NCBI GenBank assembly: GCA_014190575.1
Contig: BJGQ01000014.1
Span: 1,303-65,302, forward strand
Length of the DNA stretch: 64,000 bases
Source of the DNA: Bacteroidota bacterium
GTDB lineage: Bacteria > Bacteroidota > Bacteroidia > Chitinophagales > UBA10324
Direction: 5' to 3'
Made by a program: the position numbers and the translations under genes. Shown here piece by piece: positions 45,930 to 56,401 of the stretch (positions within the stretch are counted from its first letter, which is position 1; every line of letters starts with the position of its first letter). A model generated the notes under the pieces. The model was not told the DNA's origin and did not search any database. It saw nothing but the letters and a program-made list of their open reading frames with translations.

Positions 45930-47753
45930 TTATGCAAATGCCTGCAAGTCCACTAACTTTTTATACAAACCACTTTGCGCAATCAATTGGGCATGTGTTC
46001 CTCGTTCTTCAATTCTTCCCTGATTCAACACTATAATTTCATCAGCGTGTTGAACAGTTGAAAGACGGTGAGCAATCACAACTGCTGTGTGATCTTTCAA
46101 TAAATTATTCAATGCATCCTGTACCAATTGTTCCGATTCCGTATCAAGTGAGGAGGTGGCTTCATCTAAAATTAAAATCGGCGGATTGCGAAGCACTGCT
46201 CTTGCAATGGTTATTCTTTGTCGTTCGCCACCACTCAGTCTATTTCCTCTGTCGCCAATTATAGTTTGATAGCCTTGTTCTTTTTTTATTATGAAGTTAT
46301 GTGCATTGGCAACTTTTGCTGCTCGAATAACTTCTTCTTCTGTAATACCTGTTAAACCAAAAGCAATGTTATTTAATAATGTATCGTTAAATAAAACTGC
46401 TTCCTGTGTTACCATTCCGAACATGCTTCTCAAGTCAGCAATTTTGTAATCACGCAAATCATTTCCATCTAATAAAATACTTCCTTCCACCGGATCATAA
46501 AACCTAGGAAGCATATCAGCAATGGTTGATTTTCCTGCCCCTGATGGACCAACCAGCGCTATCATTTTTCCTTTTTGAATAGTGAGATTGATATTGTGCA
46601 ATACTGCTTTTCCTTCAGCATGAGAAAAACCAATATCTTTTAATTCAATACTATGATTGAATGATGAAACACTTTTTGCATTTTCTTTTTCTTCGATTTT
46701 TATTTCAGCATCTATAATTTGCTGAATTCGATCAGCAGATGCCATACCTTTTTGAATATTATAATATGCAGTTGACAATGCTTTGGCAGGACTAATGATT
46801 TGTGAAAACAACGCAACAAAAGCTATGAACTCTTCCGCTTTAAGAAATTCAGAGTTGAGTAGAACTAATCTTCCTCCATAAAAAAGCACAAACACAATTA
46901 CTGCGATACTTAAAAATTCTGAAAGCGGAGAAGAGAGATCTTTTTTACGCTGCATACTTTTAGATAATCGGTAATACTTCATATTGTCATCACCGAATTT
47001 TTTCTCAAGGTATTTTTCTGCTCTGAATGCCTTTACAATTCTGTTTCCTGAAATAGTTTCATCAAGAAGTGATAGAAGGTCGCCAATTGTTTGCTGTCCT
47101 TTTGCTGATTGTTTTTTCAAGAGCCGTCCAATTCTTCCAATGATTAATCCGGTGATTGGCAGAATAATAAAAATAAATATTGTTAACTGCGGACTAATAA
47201 TTATTAGTGCAACCAAAAAAACAATTATGGAAATTGATTCGTTTATAATGCTTTCAATAAAATTCATGATTGACCAATCAATTTCCTGCACATCATTCGT
47301 ACAGCGCGAAATTATATCCCCTTTTCTTCCTTCAGTGAAATAAGATACCGGAAGCTCCAGAATTTTTTTGAAAATATTATTCCGAATATTCCGAATTACT
47401 CCGTGCCGCATTGGTGCTATGCAATAAAGCGCGACATAGCGCGTACTGTTTTTAATAAAAAAAAGAACAGGCACACAAATACATAAAAAAATTAAAGCAG
47501 CTGTTGCGCCATGTTGTGAAATAATAATTCCAAACTGGTAATTAAAATAATCAAGCGCTCCTTTAGCATTAAAATGCAACCCCGGGTCAATGACCACAGG
47601 TTTGGTTTGCTTAAATAATAATTGGAGAAATGGAACAAGCATCATCAGACTGAAAACTGAAAAAATACTTGAGATGGTATTGAAAAAAATATTGAGTCCG
47701 ATATTTCCCCAATAAGGGCGCGCATATTTCAGCAACGAATTAAGTTTCTTCAT
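45930..47753 (-). CDS. ABC transporter, fused permease/ATPase (MsbA-like exporter)
   Basis: Six-helix transmembrane domain plus Walker A GPSGAGKST, signature LSGGERQR and Walker B ILILDEATSSLD. Confidence 0.85.
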   Translation of the reverse strand: MKKLNSLLKYARPYWGNIGLNIFFNTISSIFSVFSLMMLVPFLQLLFKQTKPVVIDPGLHFNAKGALDYFNYQFGIIISQHGATAALIFLCICVPVLFFIKNSTRYVALYCIAPMRHGVIRNIRNNIFKKILELPVSYFTEGRKGDIISRCTNDVQEIDWSIMNFIESIINESISIIVFLVALIIISPQLTIFIFIILPITGLIIGRIGRLLKKQSAKGQQTIGDLLSLLDETISGNRIVKAFRAEKYLEKKFGDDNMKYYRLSKSMQRKKDLSSPLSEFLSIAVIVFVLFYGGRLVLLNSEFLKAEEFIAFVALFSQIISPAKALSTAYYNIQKGMASADRIQQIIDAEIKIEEKENAKSVSSFNHSIELKDIGFSHAEGKAVLHNINLTIQKGKMIALVGPSGAGKSTIADMLPRFYDPVEGSILLDGNDLRDYKIADLRSMFGMVTQEAVLFNDTLLNNIAFGLTGITEEEVIRAAKVANAHNFIIKKEQGYQTIIGDRGNRLSGGERQRITIARAVLRNPPILILDEATSSLDTESEQLVQDALNNLLKDHTAVVIAHRLSTVQHADEIIVLNQGRIEERGTHAQLIAQSGLYKKLVDLQAFA

Positions 47754-47802
47754 TCGGGGGTAAAATTAACACTAAGTTTAACTTTACATTTGCCCAATTA
47801 CT

Positions 47803-48153
47803 ATGCAACACATTCGACAGAAAAAAATAGGCGAATTAATTCGCAAAGAGCTGAGCACATTGTTTCAGCGAAATGGAATAAGCACACATGGTGGTGGTAT
47901 GGTGACCATTTCAGGTGTAGATGTTACTCCTGACCTGATGATTGCCAGAGTGTACTTGAGTTTATACAATATAAAAACTCCGGATAAGTTTTTAGAAAAC
48001 CTGAATGAAAAAATGCATGAATTCCGTGGTCAGTTAGGAAATGAAATCCGACACCAGGTTCGCCATATTCCGGAATTGGAATTCAGAATAGATGATACAC
48101 TTGATAATGTTTTCAAACTTGAAGAATTATTAAAGAAGAATAAGGAGCAATAG
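47803..48153 (+). CDS. rbfA: ribosome-binding factor A
   Basis: RQKKIGELIRKELS...VTISGVDVTPDLMIARVYLS...IPELEFRID. Confidence 0.85.
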   Translation: MQHIRQKKIGELIRKELSTLFQRNGISTHGGGMVTISGVDVTPDLMIARVYLSLYNIKTPDKFLENLNEKMHEFRGQLGNEIRHQVRHIPELEFRIDDTLDNVFKLEELLKKNKEQ

Positions 48154-48160
48154 TTTTTTC

Positions 48161-49387
48161 ATGCATCTCCCCTCGCTATTTGCACGCCGGTACCTGGTTT
48201 CAAAAAAATCGACTCAGGCAATAAATATTCTGAGCGGCATTTCAGTTTTAGGAATGTTGGTTGGCAGTATGGGTTTGGTATTGGTGCTATCAGTTTTCAA
48301 TGGGTTTGAAAGTTTAGTGGTATCGCTTTACGATAAATTTTATCCTGAGATTATTATTTCTCCAAGCACGGGAAAATTCTTCAACGAAAATTCGATTCAT
48401 TATGATGAGCTGAAAAAAGTGGATGGAATAAAAGCATACTCACTTCAGTTAGAAGAAAAAGCATTGCTTCGTTATGGCGATAATCAATACATCGCTACAG
48501 TGCGCGGAGTAGACAGCAATTTCACCCAGATAAGTTCTGTGCAGAATTCCATGTTTCATGGTCAGTTTTTATTGCACAGTAATAGTTATCCGTATGCAGT
48601 TGTAGGAGCAGGAATTGAACAGGCGCTCGGGTTGAATTATGAAAATCCATTCAACGAATTATCCATTTACATTCCTAAAAAGGGAGTGAGTTATGTATTG
48701 AACCCGGAAAATGCTTTTAATCGCGAGTTGATTCGGCCAATCGGAAGTTTCAGTATTCAACAGGAATTTGATATGGAATATGTTTTTGTTCCGATAGAAT
48801 TTATGCGAACATTATTGAATGAACCTGAATCTGTTTCAGGGATTTCTATTGCAGTAAAAACAGGAGCAAATGTTGACCGGATAAAAAGTGAACTGAAAAA
48901 AATATGCGGAAAAAATTTCGAAGTGCTCGACCGTTACGAACAAAACAAATCTTTATATGCCATAATGAAAATTGAAAAGTGGGTGGTGTATGCAGTTCTT
49001 ACTTTCATTTTAATAGTTGCGGCATTCAATATTATTGGTTCGCTTTCCATGCTGATTATTGATAAACGAAAAGACATAAACATTCTTCGTGTGATGGGCG
49101 CTGATTTACCTTCTATAAAAAAGATATTTTTGTATGAAGGAATTTTACTTTCATTCATTGGGTGTGTTTCAGGATTTATTTTATCAGTGATTCTCATTTT
49201 GCTCCAGAAAAAATTCGGACTAATTGAAATCGGAGGCGGAACATTTGTTGTGAATGCCTATCCAGTAAAAATGCAATTAATGGATTTTGTATTAGTGTTT
49301 TTTACCGTGATGGGAATTGGAGTAATGGCTTCGTGGATTCCAATGATGCGAAAGATGAACAACCCTACAAGATTATCTTTCGAATAA
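48161..49387 (+). CDS. FtsX-like ABC permease (LolC/LolE family)
   Basis: MacB-like periplasmic domain between TM1 and TM2. The C-terminal FtsX module includes DINILRVMGA. Confidence 0.8.
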   Translation: MHLPSLFARRYLVSKKSTQAINILSGISVLGMLVGSMGLVLVLSVFNGFESLVVSLYDKFYPEIIISPSTGKFFNENSIHYDELKKVDGIKAYSLQLEEKALLRYGDNQYIATVRGVDSNFTQISSVQNSMFHGQFLLHSNSYPYAVVGAGIEQALGLNYENPFNELSIYIPKKGVSYVLNPENAFNRELIRPIGSFSIQQEFDMEYVFVPIEFMRTLLNEPESVSGISIAVKTGANVDRIKSELKKICGKNFEVLDRYEQNKSLYAIMKIEKWVVYAVLTFILIVAAFNIIGSLSMLIIDKRKDINILRVMGADLPSIKKIFLYEGILLSFIGCVSGFILSVILILLQKKFGLIEIGGGTFVVNAYPVKMQLMDFVLVFFTVMGIGVMASWIPMMRKMNNPTRLSFE

Positions 49388-49444
49388 TTTATTTTTCTTA
49401 TGAAATATTTCCTGAAATAAATTTTCAATATATATAAATAAAAA

Positions 49445-49470
49445 AAAGGGATTGAAAATTCAACCCCTTT
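49445..49470. terminator. bidirectional hairpin terminator between convergent genes
   Basis: AAAGGGATTGAA-AA-TTCAACCCCTTT (12-bp stem, 1 mismatch), flanked by an A-run upstream and a T-run downstream. Confidence 0.7.
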
Positions 49471-49496
49471 TAATTATTCAAACCAATTAACCTAAA

Positions 49497-49943
49497 TTAA
49501 AAACTTGCAGCCATCATCAATTTGAACATGCGAACAAATGATGATGCTTTTCTTCTTGAAACTTCAATTAAACTACCGTCGAACAAAATTACTTTCTTTA
49601 CTTTATCTGTTATCACTTCTTTCACTTGACTGAGATTAATAATGTGTGATTTATGTATGCGCTGAAAAAAACGAGTGTCAAGTTGACGCGCATGATAACT
49701 CAAATTATGTGAACTAAAGAAGCGTGTGCCGTCAGCAAAATAAAACATGGAATAGCTTTTAGCTGCTTCAATTCGAACAATTTTATTATAAGGAATAACA
49801 AGTGCTCCTTCTTTAAAGGATTTCAAAACAACATAATCAGTTAATCCACCAACCGGCTTGTTGGTTTCAGGTTTCATAAAAGAATTAAAATGACCAGGAA
49901 AAGTTGGAGCGGTGCGTGTTGCAAAACTTGGTTGTGGTGTCAT
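49497..49943 (-). CDS. LytTR-domain DNA-binding protein (stand-alone)
   Basis: IPYNKIVRIEAAKSYSMFYFADGTRFFSSHNLSYHARQL..FFRIHKSHIINL. I prefer the ATG at 49943; the track ORF starts at a TTG at 50030. Confidence 0.7.
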   Translation of the reverse strand: MTPQPSFATRTAPTFPGHFNSFMKPETNKPVGGLTDYVVLKSFKEGALVIPYNKIVRIEAAKSYSMFYFADGTRFFSSHNLSYHARQLDTRFFQRIHKSHIINLSQVKEVITDKVKKVILFDGSLIEVSRRKASSFVRMFKLMMAASF

Positions 49944-50064
49944 GATGTAGAGGTTTTGTTTTGTTATTATTTTTGGTTGAAGGTTAATTCTTTGGTAATT
50001 TTTTTCTTGTTTTATTCTTGGTGAGACCAAAGTATCTTTTAAGTACCCTTAACAAAACTGAAAC

Positions 50065-50343
50065 ATGCTGAACAGGAAAAATCTTATGCTGAATGTGACT
50101 GGCCGCGTACAAGGAGTCTTTTACAGAGCAACAGCCAATGAAATTGCCATTGAACTTGGCTTGAAAGGATATGTAATGAATATGAATGATGGTTCTGTTT
50201 TCATTGAAGCAGAAGGCACTATTGAGCAACTAACAAAATTTATTGAATGGTGTAAACGCGGTCCTTCACGAGCTATAGTAACTGATGTAAATATTCAGGA
50301 AGGAATGGTAAAAGAATTTACTGATTTCAAAATCAGACATTAG
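50065..50343 (+). CDS. acylphosphatase
   Basis: VTGRVQGVFYR and GYVMNMNDGSVFIEAEG motifs. The protein is 92 aa. Confidence 0.85.
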   Translation: MLNRKNLMLNVTGRVQGVFYRATANEIAIELGLKGYVMNMNDGSVFIEAEGTIEQLTKFIEWCKRGPSRAIVTDVNIQEGMVKEFTDFKIRH

Positions 50344-50353
50344 AACTCCACTT

Positions 50354-51061
50354 TTATTTTGAATAAATTAAAAATACTGTTGGCTTGTGATGAAGATCCG
50401 GTTTATTTTTTTTCCATTCAGCAATAGAAAGTGTTTTAATAAACTCATTTGGTTGAGTTAATTCAGCAGCAATACACAAAAGTATTTTTGAAGAACAGGT
50501 TTTTAAGATATCATCCAGCATGGAATTATTCCGATAAGGAGTTTCAATAAAAATTTGAGTTTCATTTTTACTAATAGAAACCTCTTCCATTTTTTTCAGC
50601 GCATTTATTCTATCAGAAGATTTTATTGGAAGGTACCCATTGAAACGAAATTGCTGTCCATTAAATCCTGAAGCAACTATCGCAAGTATTATTGATGAAG
50701 GTCCTGTAATTGGTTTTACCTTTATATTTAATCGATGTGCTTCCCTCACCCAATAATTCCCCGGATCAGCAATACATGGCATTCCTGCTTCTGATATTAA
50801 TCCAACATCATTTCCATTTAATAAATATTCAAAAACATATTTGTCAGTTTTCTCCGGGAAGTTTTTATCCATTAAAACCAAACTGTTTTCTGAAAATTCT
50901 TTTTTATAACCTATGCTTCTTAAATATCGTCGGGCACTTTTTTCGTTCTCAACAATAAATAAATCCACATGTTGAACAACATCTTTTACCTCTTGTGAAA
51001 TTACATTTATACCTTCTTCGCCGAGTGTTGCGGGAATTAAAAACAATGTGCCTTTTTTCAT
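50354..51061 (-). CDS. tetrapyrrole-methylase-fold SAM-dependent methyltransferase (RsmI-like)
   Basis: GTLFLIPATLGE N-terminus, SEAGMPCIADPG and ITGPSSIILA. Confidence 0.6.
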   Translation of the reverse strand: MKKGTLFLIPATLGEEGINVISQEVKDVVQHVDLFIVENEKSARRYLRSIGYKKEFSENSLVLMDKNFPEKTDKYVFEYLLNGNDVGLISEAGMPCIADPGNYWVREAHRLNIKVKPITGPSSIILAIVASGFNGQQFRFNGYLPIKSSDRINALKKMEEVSISKNETQIFIETPYRNNSMLDDILKTCSSKILLCIAAELTQPNEFIKTLSIAEWKKNKPDLHHKPTVFLIYSK

Positions 51062-51091
51062 TCAGGTGATGAAAATAACTTTAAACTTTTT

Positions 51092-51703
51092 ATGAAAAAT
51101 AAATTTCAGAAACTTTCAAAAGATTTTTATTTAAGAAGCAATGTCATTCAGGTAAGCAAAGAATTATTAGGGAAATTTTTAATCACAAATATTGATGGAA
51201 TAAAAACCGGTGGAATGATTACTGAAGTTGAAGCCTATAACGGAATAATTGATAAAGCCTCACATTCATTTGGTGGAAGGCGAACGGCAAGAACAGAAAC
51301 TATGTTTGCTTCAGGCGGAGTTGCTTATGTTTATCTGTGTTATGGAATTCATCATCTCTTTAATGTTGTTACAAACGAAAAAAATATCCCCCAGGCAGTT
51401 TTAATCCGAGCTATTGAACCATCAATTGGAATTGAAGAAATGTTAAAGAGAAGAAAAAAGGAAACAGTGAACCCAAATTTAACTTCAGGTCCTGGTTCAA
51501 TGAGTTCAGCTCTTGGAATAAAAATTTCTGAATCAGGTATTGATTTAACAAAAAATAAAATTTTTATTGAGGACAGGGCAATTCTCCTAACCGAAAAAAA
51601 TATTATAAGTACAAAAAGAATTGGTGTTGACTATGCAGAAAAAGATGCCTTACTAAATTATAGGTTTTATATAAAAGGAAATAAATTTATTAGTCAACCT
51701 TAA
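51092..51703 (+). CDS. DNA-3-methyladenine glycosylase (AAG/Mpg family)
   Basis: LGKFL..., ITEVEAY...DKASHSFGGRRTARTE.MF, GVAYVYLCYGIHHLFNVV and GPGSMSSALGI. Confidence 0.85.
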   Translation: MKNKFQKLSKDFYLRSNVIQVSKELLGKFLITNIDGIKTGGMITEVEAYNGIIDKASHSFGGRRTARTETMFASGGVAYVYLCYGIHHLFNVVTNEKNIPQAVLIRAIEPSIGIEEMLKRRKKETVNPNLTSGPGSMSSALGIKISESGIDLTKNKIFIEDRAILLTEKNIISTKRIGVDYAEKDALLNYRFYIKGNKFISQP

Positions 51704-52719
51704 AATTTCGGACAATATGTTTTTCTCATTTTCTTAGATTGAACAAGATTATTATAAATAATAGCAATCTCAAAACCTCCTTGTCCATTAGTTGGTTTAT
51801 TTAAGGTACTTGTTGTTATATCATAACTAACACCTGCCTTTAAGCTTTTTGTTATCATTCCAATGGTTGGAATAAGAGATTCATTGTAACGGGCAAATGC
51901 CCCTAAATAAATAACCGTACCTACCTTTCTTTTATTCTCAGTAAAATTTAAACCAAATGCCGCACCCCCAACAAATTCCTTAGATGGCCCTTGAAATGCA
52001 TATTCAACTGCAGGAAACATATATACTTTATTGTTGAATCCAAATGTTGCACTTGCATGAGCCACTTTTTTTGAATAAACTTCATTAAGAGTAAGTTTCT
52101 GTTTCAATGATTCATTTGGTTTATTCAAATGAAATGCTCCCAGTCCAAATGAAATCTGTGAATATTTGTTTAACTGTCCGTTGAAAGCCACCCCCATTCC
52201 AATATCACCATATATAGTGGTGCTAATTAAATTTTCATTGCTAATAATTTGATTATCGAATCCTTTTCCGGTAAATTGATTCCCAAAAAATAATTTCGAC
52301 GGGTCAATACCTTTTTGCGTAAAACCACCTTGCAAACCAAAAGATATATGGTAATTATTTGTACCATCTAATGATTGATGATAGGCAATAGAACCTTGCA
52401 CATGCATAGTTGAAAGATTTCCATCACCGGCCACATCATTTAAAATTAACACCCCCAATCCTAACGAATTTCCACGAAATCTTCCTCTCATCAATTGAAA
52501 ATCAGCAAAAATATCAGGAGTTGAATAAACAGATGGGGCAGAAATTGATCCCCATTGACTTCTATAGTTTATTCCAACTCTTGCTGTACCTCCCATATTC
52601 CCAGTTAATGCCGGATCTTGAGTGAGTGGAGCATAATAGAATTGAGAAAAATGCCAGTCTTGTGCATTTACATTTATACTAAGAATAATAAATAAAACAA
52701 TGGAAGTAAAAATTTTCAT
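51700..52719 (-). CDS. PorP/SprF-family type IX secretion system membrane protein
   Basis: Signal peptide then QDWHFSQFYYAPLTQDPALTG (family signature QD.HFSQ). Beta-barrel-like alternating pattern. The protein is 339 aa. Confidence 0.8.
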   Translation of the reverse strand: MKIFTSIVLFIILSINVNAQDWHFSQFYYAPLTQDPALTGNMGGTARVGINYRSQWGSISAPSVYSTPDIFADFQLMRGRFRGNSLGLGVLILNDVAGDGNLSTMHVQGSIAYHQSLDGTNNYHISFGLQGGFTQKGIDPSKLFFGNQFTGKGFDNQIISNENLISTTIYGDIGMGVAFNGQLNKYSQISFGLGAFHLNKPNESLKQKLTLNEVYSKKVAHASATFGFNNKVYMFPAVEYAFQGPSKEFVGGAAFGLNFTENKRKVGTVIYLGAFARYNESLIPTIGMITKSLKAGVSYDITTSTLNKPTNGQGGFEIAIIYNNLVQSKKMRKTYCPKF

Positions 52720-52808
52720 GGGCTTACAATTGTTTTTACAACGAAGTTAAAGGGCTAAAAATTGTTTGGAAAATTATCAATTATTTTAATTACAGACCAA
52801 TTTTATTT

Positions 52809-53459
52809 TTAATGCTGCATCTTTTCTCCAAAAGCTAAATCTCCTGCATCACCAAGACCGGGCACAATGTACGATAATGAATTCAGTTCTTTATCAATTG
52901 CCCCAGTCCATAAGGTAAAGTTATCAATTAAATTTCTTACTTTCTCAATTCCAGCTTCACTTGCAATTACTGAAACTATATGAGTATGTTTCGGCTTACC
53001 CAATTTAAATACTTCTTGTAAAGTTAATGCCATTGAATTGCCGGTTGCGAGCATTGGATCAGCAATAATTAGAATTTTATTTTCTATTGAGCTGCTAGCC
53101 ATGTATTCCAATTTAATTTCAAATGTTCCATCCTCATGATGATGACGATAAGCTGAAATAAAAGCGTTATCGGCCTGATCAAAGTAATTTAATAATCCAT
53201 TATGTAAAGGCAAACCTGCTCTTAAAATGGTTCCCAAAACCGGTTGTTCTTTTAACACAGGAATATCAATTTTACCCAATGGAGTTTGTATAGATCGTTT
53301 TTGGAATTCCAGTGTTTTACTGATTTCGTACGCTGCAATTTCACCAACCCGTTCTATGTTTCGGCGAAAACGAAGACGATCATTTTGGATTTCAATGTCC
53401 CGGATTTCTGATACAAATTGATTTATTAATGAGTTGGTTTTTGAAAGGTCAACTACCAT
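52809..53459 (-). CDS. upp: uracil phosphoribosyltransferase
   Basis: PRPP-binding motif ILIIADPMLATGNS and a C-terminal YIVPGLGDAGD. Confidence 0.9.
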   Translation of the reverse strand: MVVDLSKTNSLINQFVSEIRDIEIQNDRLRFRRNIERVGEIAAYEISKTLEFQKRSIQTPLGKIDIPVLKEQPVLGTILRAGLPLHNGLLNYFDQADNAFISAYRHHHEDGTFEIKLEYMASSSIENKILIIADPMLATGNSMALTLQEVFKLGKPKHTHIVSVIASEAGIEKVRNLIDNFTLWTGAIDKELNSLSYIVPGLGDAGDLAFGEKMQH

Positions 53460-53462
53460 AGT

Positions 53463-54374
53463 TTATTCTTTTATCCATTTTAGCGGCCAAGGTAAGCGAT
53501 TTAGTTTTATATAAGGATATTGGACAGCAACTCCTCCGAAACCTTTATAAAATCTTGCAACTTCTGCAATTTCTGAGCCTTCAAAGTCAAATGTTATATT
53601 GTTACCTGAATATAGTTTGAACAATTCGTTTAATAAAAAAAACATAGCTGAATTCTTTTTTCCCAATGAAGAGGATGCATTAAACAAATTTATACCTATA
53701 TTTTTTGAAGAAAGTAAAAACAAGCCAGCCTGTAAATTATTTTCAGTATCTCGAATTTCATAGATTTTTCCACTCTTATTATTAACTGCAGTTTTTATTA
53801 TTGATTCCAATACCTGGTAATCCTTCTTTTTCAGTTCTGTTTTTTTTCCAGCTGTTTCTTGAAATAAATTTATTAACGATTTTATTTTTCCCTTATCATT
53901 GAAAATCAAATTTAATTTTTCGGCTTTACGGATATTTCTTTTTGTGTTATCATTAAAAGAACTAAATATTTCCGCATACTTTTTATTTAAATCAAGATAA
54001 TGTGTCACCTTTAATTTACATGAATATTCTTTCGCGTTCAGATGACAAAAGCTATTTAAATTAATTTCTATGAATTTGAATTTTTTAGGAATTGCTTTTA
54101 AAAAATCGCTAACATCGGTTTCTTTTATTCCATTTCCATATAATCCTAACTGCTGAGTAAAGTAGGGTTGATACAAATATTTTATTCGTGCTTTCGTTCT
54201 GAAAGTGAGTGGAAATATTTTTTCATACTCACCAAAAACCAATGCATCCCAACCGGGGCTTACAATATTTAAGTACCAGCTATAACAATATGGTAAATGA
54301 TTTTCACATGTTTCAACACAACGATCCCATTTTACAAAATCAATTGCATTGTGCTTTATATATTCAGGCTTCAT
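53463..54374 (-). CDS. GNAT/FemAB-like acyltransferase-fold protein
   Basis: The N-terminus FVKWDRCVE....PYCYSWYLNIVSPGWDALV and the ~300-aa size match Bacteroidota Acetyltransf_6-type proteins as I recall them. This is a weak call. Confidence 0.4.
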   Translation of the reverse strand: MKPEYIKHNAIDFVKWDRCVETCENHLPYCYSWYLNIVSPGWDALVFGEYEKIFPLTFRTKARIKYLYQPYFTQQLGLYGNGIKETDVSDFLKAIPKKFKFIEINLNSFCHLNAKEYSCKLKVTHYLDLNKKYAEIFSSFNDNTKRNIRKAEKLNLIFNDKGKIKSLINLFQETAGKKTELKKKDYQVLESIIKTAVNNKSGKIYEIRDTENNLQAGLFLLSSKNIGINLFNASSSLGKKNSAMFFLLNELFKLYSGNNITFDFEGSEIAEVARFYKGFGGVAVQYPYIKLNRLPWPLKWIKE

Positions 54375-55675
54375 TCTTTTGCGTACTCAATAAACTCTTC
54401 AAAACAATTCTGCCATCCCTTCCAAATAGAATTTTTGCCTACCAAATCATTGTGTGCAATGAAAATAAATGTCCCATTCACTTTTTTTATTTCATCGGTA
54501 ATTAGTTTTAATTCTTCAAGGCCTGATTCAGCCGTCACTTTTAAATAATAGTATAAGGTACTATCCATCGCAGCGAAAGGAAAAATTCTTAAAGCAGTAG
54601 TATCGTCTCGTTTTAAATCATAGAAAAAAAACGGTGATGCAATGCTTGCTCTGAATCCAATAACATTTGGATTTCCCATTGTATAGTCTTCCTGAATTCC
54701 TTGCTCAATTAAATTTCGATAGGTATAAGGGAAATTCAATTGCAGAAAATGTTGACGGCTTCGAACAATTTGCTTTCCGGAAACTGAATTCAATCTGGCT
54801 ATTTCAGTTTCAACTTTGTTAGGTTTTTTAAATGATTTATAACTCGGATGTATTCCAATTAAAAATTTATCAGCAATGTTTTTTATTGTGGATTGCATCC
54901 GAGAACTGCTCCATGGATTGTTTTTATCCTTTGGTCCATAATTACTCATCAGAAAAAAGTAGATGGGGTAAACACGGTGTTTCAAACTGATTCGGTGTTG
55001 ATCTTCAAAAGTGTCGTAGGGATCCTTTTGTTCGCCACTTAAAACTTTTTTTCTTTCTCTTAAATAATCCCAATCCCGGCGCAGATATGCTTTGATCATC
55101 CCGCCATACGAACGATACCATGGTAGTTCGGCGTATTTGAATGCCTGATCAATGTCGTATGTAAGAATGAACTGATATTCCTTTGAAGAAAATATTAATT
55201 GCGGAAACTTTGATTTAATCAGTTCCTTTAAATGAATTGCATAGTGATTCACAACTGGTTTTTGATGAAATGCCTTATAGTAAGCAACGCCCTTTTCAAC
55301 CCTGAATCGGCCATGGTTATCTTCTTTAAACGGCAAATATTCTTCGTATCTTGATACTAAAAAAAAAGCTGCGGCAAAAGGATCGTATGGTAAATCAGCT
55401 TCTTTTTTTGCTGTAAATAATGTTACAATTCCATTGTGTTCGCCATACTCTGTTCGCTGTGGTTTTATTTCGTTTTCAAACAATAAAGGATGTGCTAAAA
55501 TAAATAATTCTGAACCCAACCGGTCCTTGCTGTAATTTAATTTTGAACCCTGATATTGATAGAAACGATCGGTACTTGTCGTAAATTCAAAATCAATTTC
55601 GAGTAACTCGCGAAGCAGCAGGTCGGCAATGTATTGAAGTCGTGGAGTAACTTTTATTGTATAAATCAGAATCAT
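54371..55675 (-). CDS. polysaccharide deacetylase-like protein
   Basis: The protein is 434 aa. The C-terminal half has IGIHPSY..., RSRQHFLQL and IAHNDL, reminiscent of NodB-type/related deacetylases. 4-bp overlap with the downstream gene. Confidence 0.4.
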   Translation of the reverse strand: MILIYTIKVTPRLQYIADLLLRELLEIDFEFTTSTDRFYQYQGSKLNYSKDRLGSELFILAHPLLFENEIKPQRTEYGEHNGIVTLFTAKKEADLPYDPFAAAFFLVSRYEEYLPFKEDNHGRFRVEKGVAYYKAFHQKPVVNHYAIHLKELIKSKFPQLIFSSKEYQFILTYDIDQAFKYAELPWYRSYGGMIKAYLRRDWDYLRERKKVLSGEQKDPYDTFEDQHRISLKHRVYPIYFFLMSNYGPKDKNNPWSSSRMQSTIKNIADKFLIGIHPSYKSFKKPNKVETEIARLNSVSGKQIVRSRQHFLQLNFPYTYRNLIEQGIQEDYTMGNPNVIGFRASIASPFFFYDLKRDDTTALRIFPFAAMDSTLYYYLKVTAESGLEELKLITDEIKKVNGTFIFIAHNDLVGKNSIWKGWQNCFEEFIEYAKE

Positions 55676-55693
55676 GTTGGAACCGCAAAGTTA

Positions 55694-56365
55694 TCAGTCT
55701 AAATAGAACTTCTGTTTATTTAAAAACATACTTTTTAATAACGGGCTACTGTTATATCGTATGTCATTTGAAAATTTTTTAATGCCCAGCAATGTTTCAA
55801 ATATATTTTCAATTCCAATTTTATCTGCCCATTCAAGTGGCCCAATCGGATAAGCAGTGCCGAGTTTCATTCCGGAATCTATATCTTCTTTTGAGGCCGT
55901 TCTTTCTTCTAATGTAAAACAGGCTTCATTAATAATCATGAATAGTATTCTCGGAGTTACCATACCAACCCTATCATTTACAATTCTGGTTTTCCAATTC
56001 AAAGATTCAAAAATGTTTTTCCACAATGAAAATTCATGCTGATTGAGAAATGAAATTTCCTGAACAGGTCGTGATAAAAAAGTTGGAAGCGAATTAATAC
56101 CAGCAATGATTGAAGAAATATTTTTTCTATTAGTCATTTGAGCCAACGATTTTTTAACCGCACATAGCAAAACAAATTTCCCTGATGTAAAAACTGAATC
56201 TGCAATTTCTAATCTGTCGTCTGCATTCAAATCAACTATTATATCAAAAGCTGAAAAATTAAATTGGGCTTTAAAATTTTCTGATTCAATCAATTCATGT
56301 TCATTAGCAATTATTTTTCTGAATTCTACTAATCTTTTTTCTTCGCCAGCAATAGCTATTTTCAT
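55694..56365 (-). CDS. 3-hydroxyacyl-CoA dehydrogenase family protein with shortened N-domain lacking GxGxxG
   Basis: The C-terminal domain is clear (DRVGMVTPRILFMIINEA...DIDSGMKLGTAYPIGPLEWADKIG). The N-terminus reads MKIAIAGEEKRL instead of the IGAGxMG motif. Confidence 0.6.
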   Translation of the reverse strand: MKIAIAGEEKRLVEFRKIIANEHELIESENFKAQFNFSAFDIIVDLNADDRLEIADSVFTSGKFVLLCAVKKSLAQMTNRKNISSIIAGINSLPTFLSRPVQEISFLNQHEFSLWKNIFESLNWKTRIVNDRVGMVTPRILFMIINEACFTLEERTASKEDIDSGMKLGTAYPIGPLEWADKIGIENIFETLLGIKKFSNDIRYNSSPLLKSMFLNKQKFYLD

Positions 56366-56401
56366 TTTTTAAATTAAAGGGCACAAAATAAAAAATTAGC
56401 T

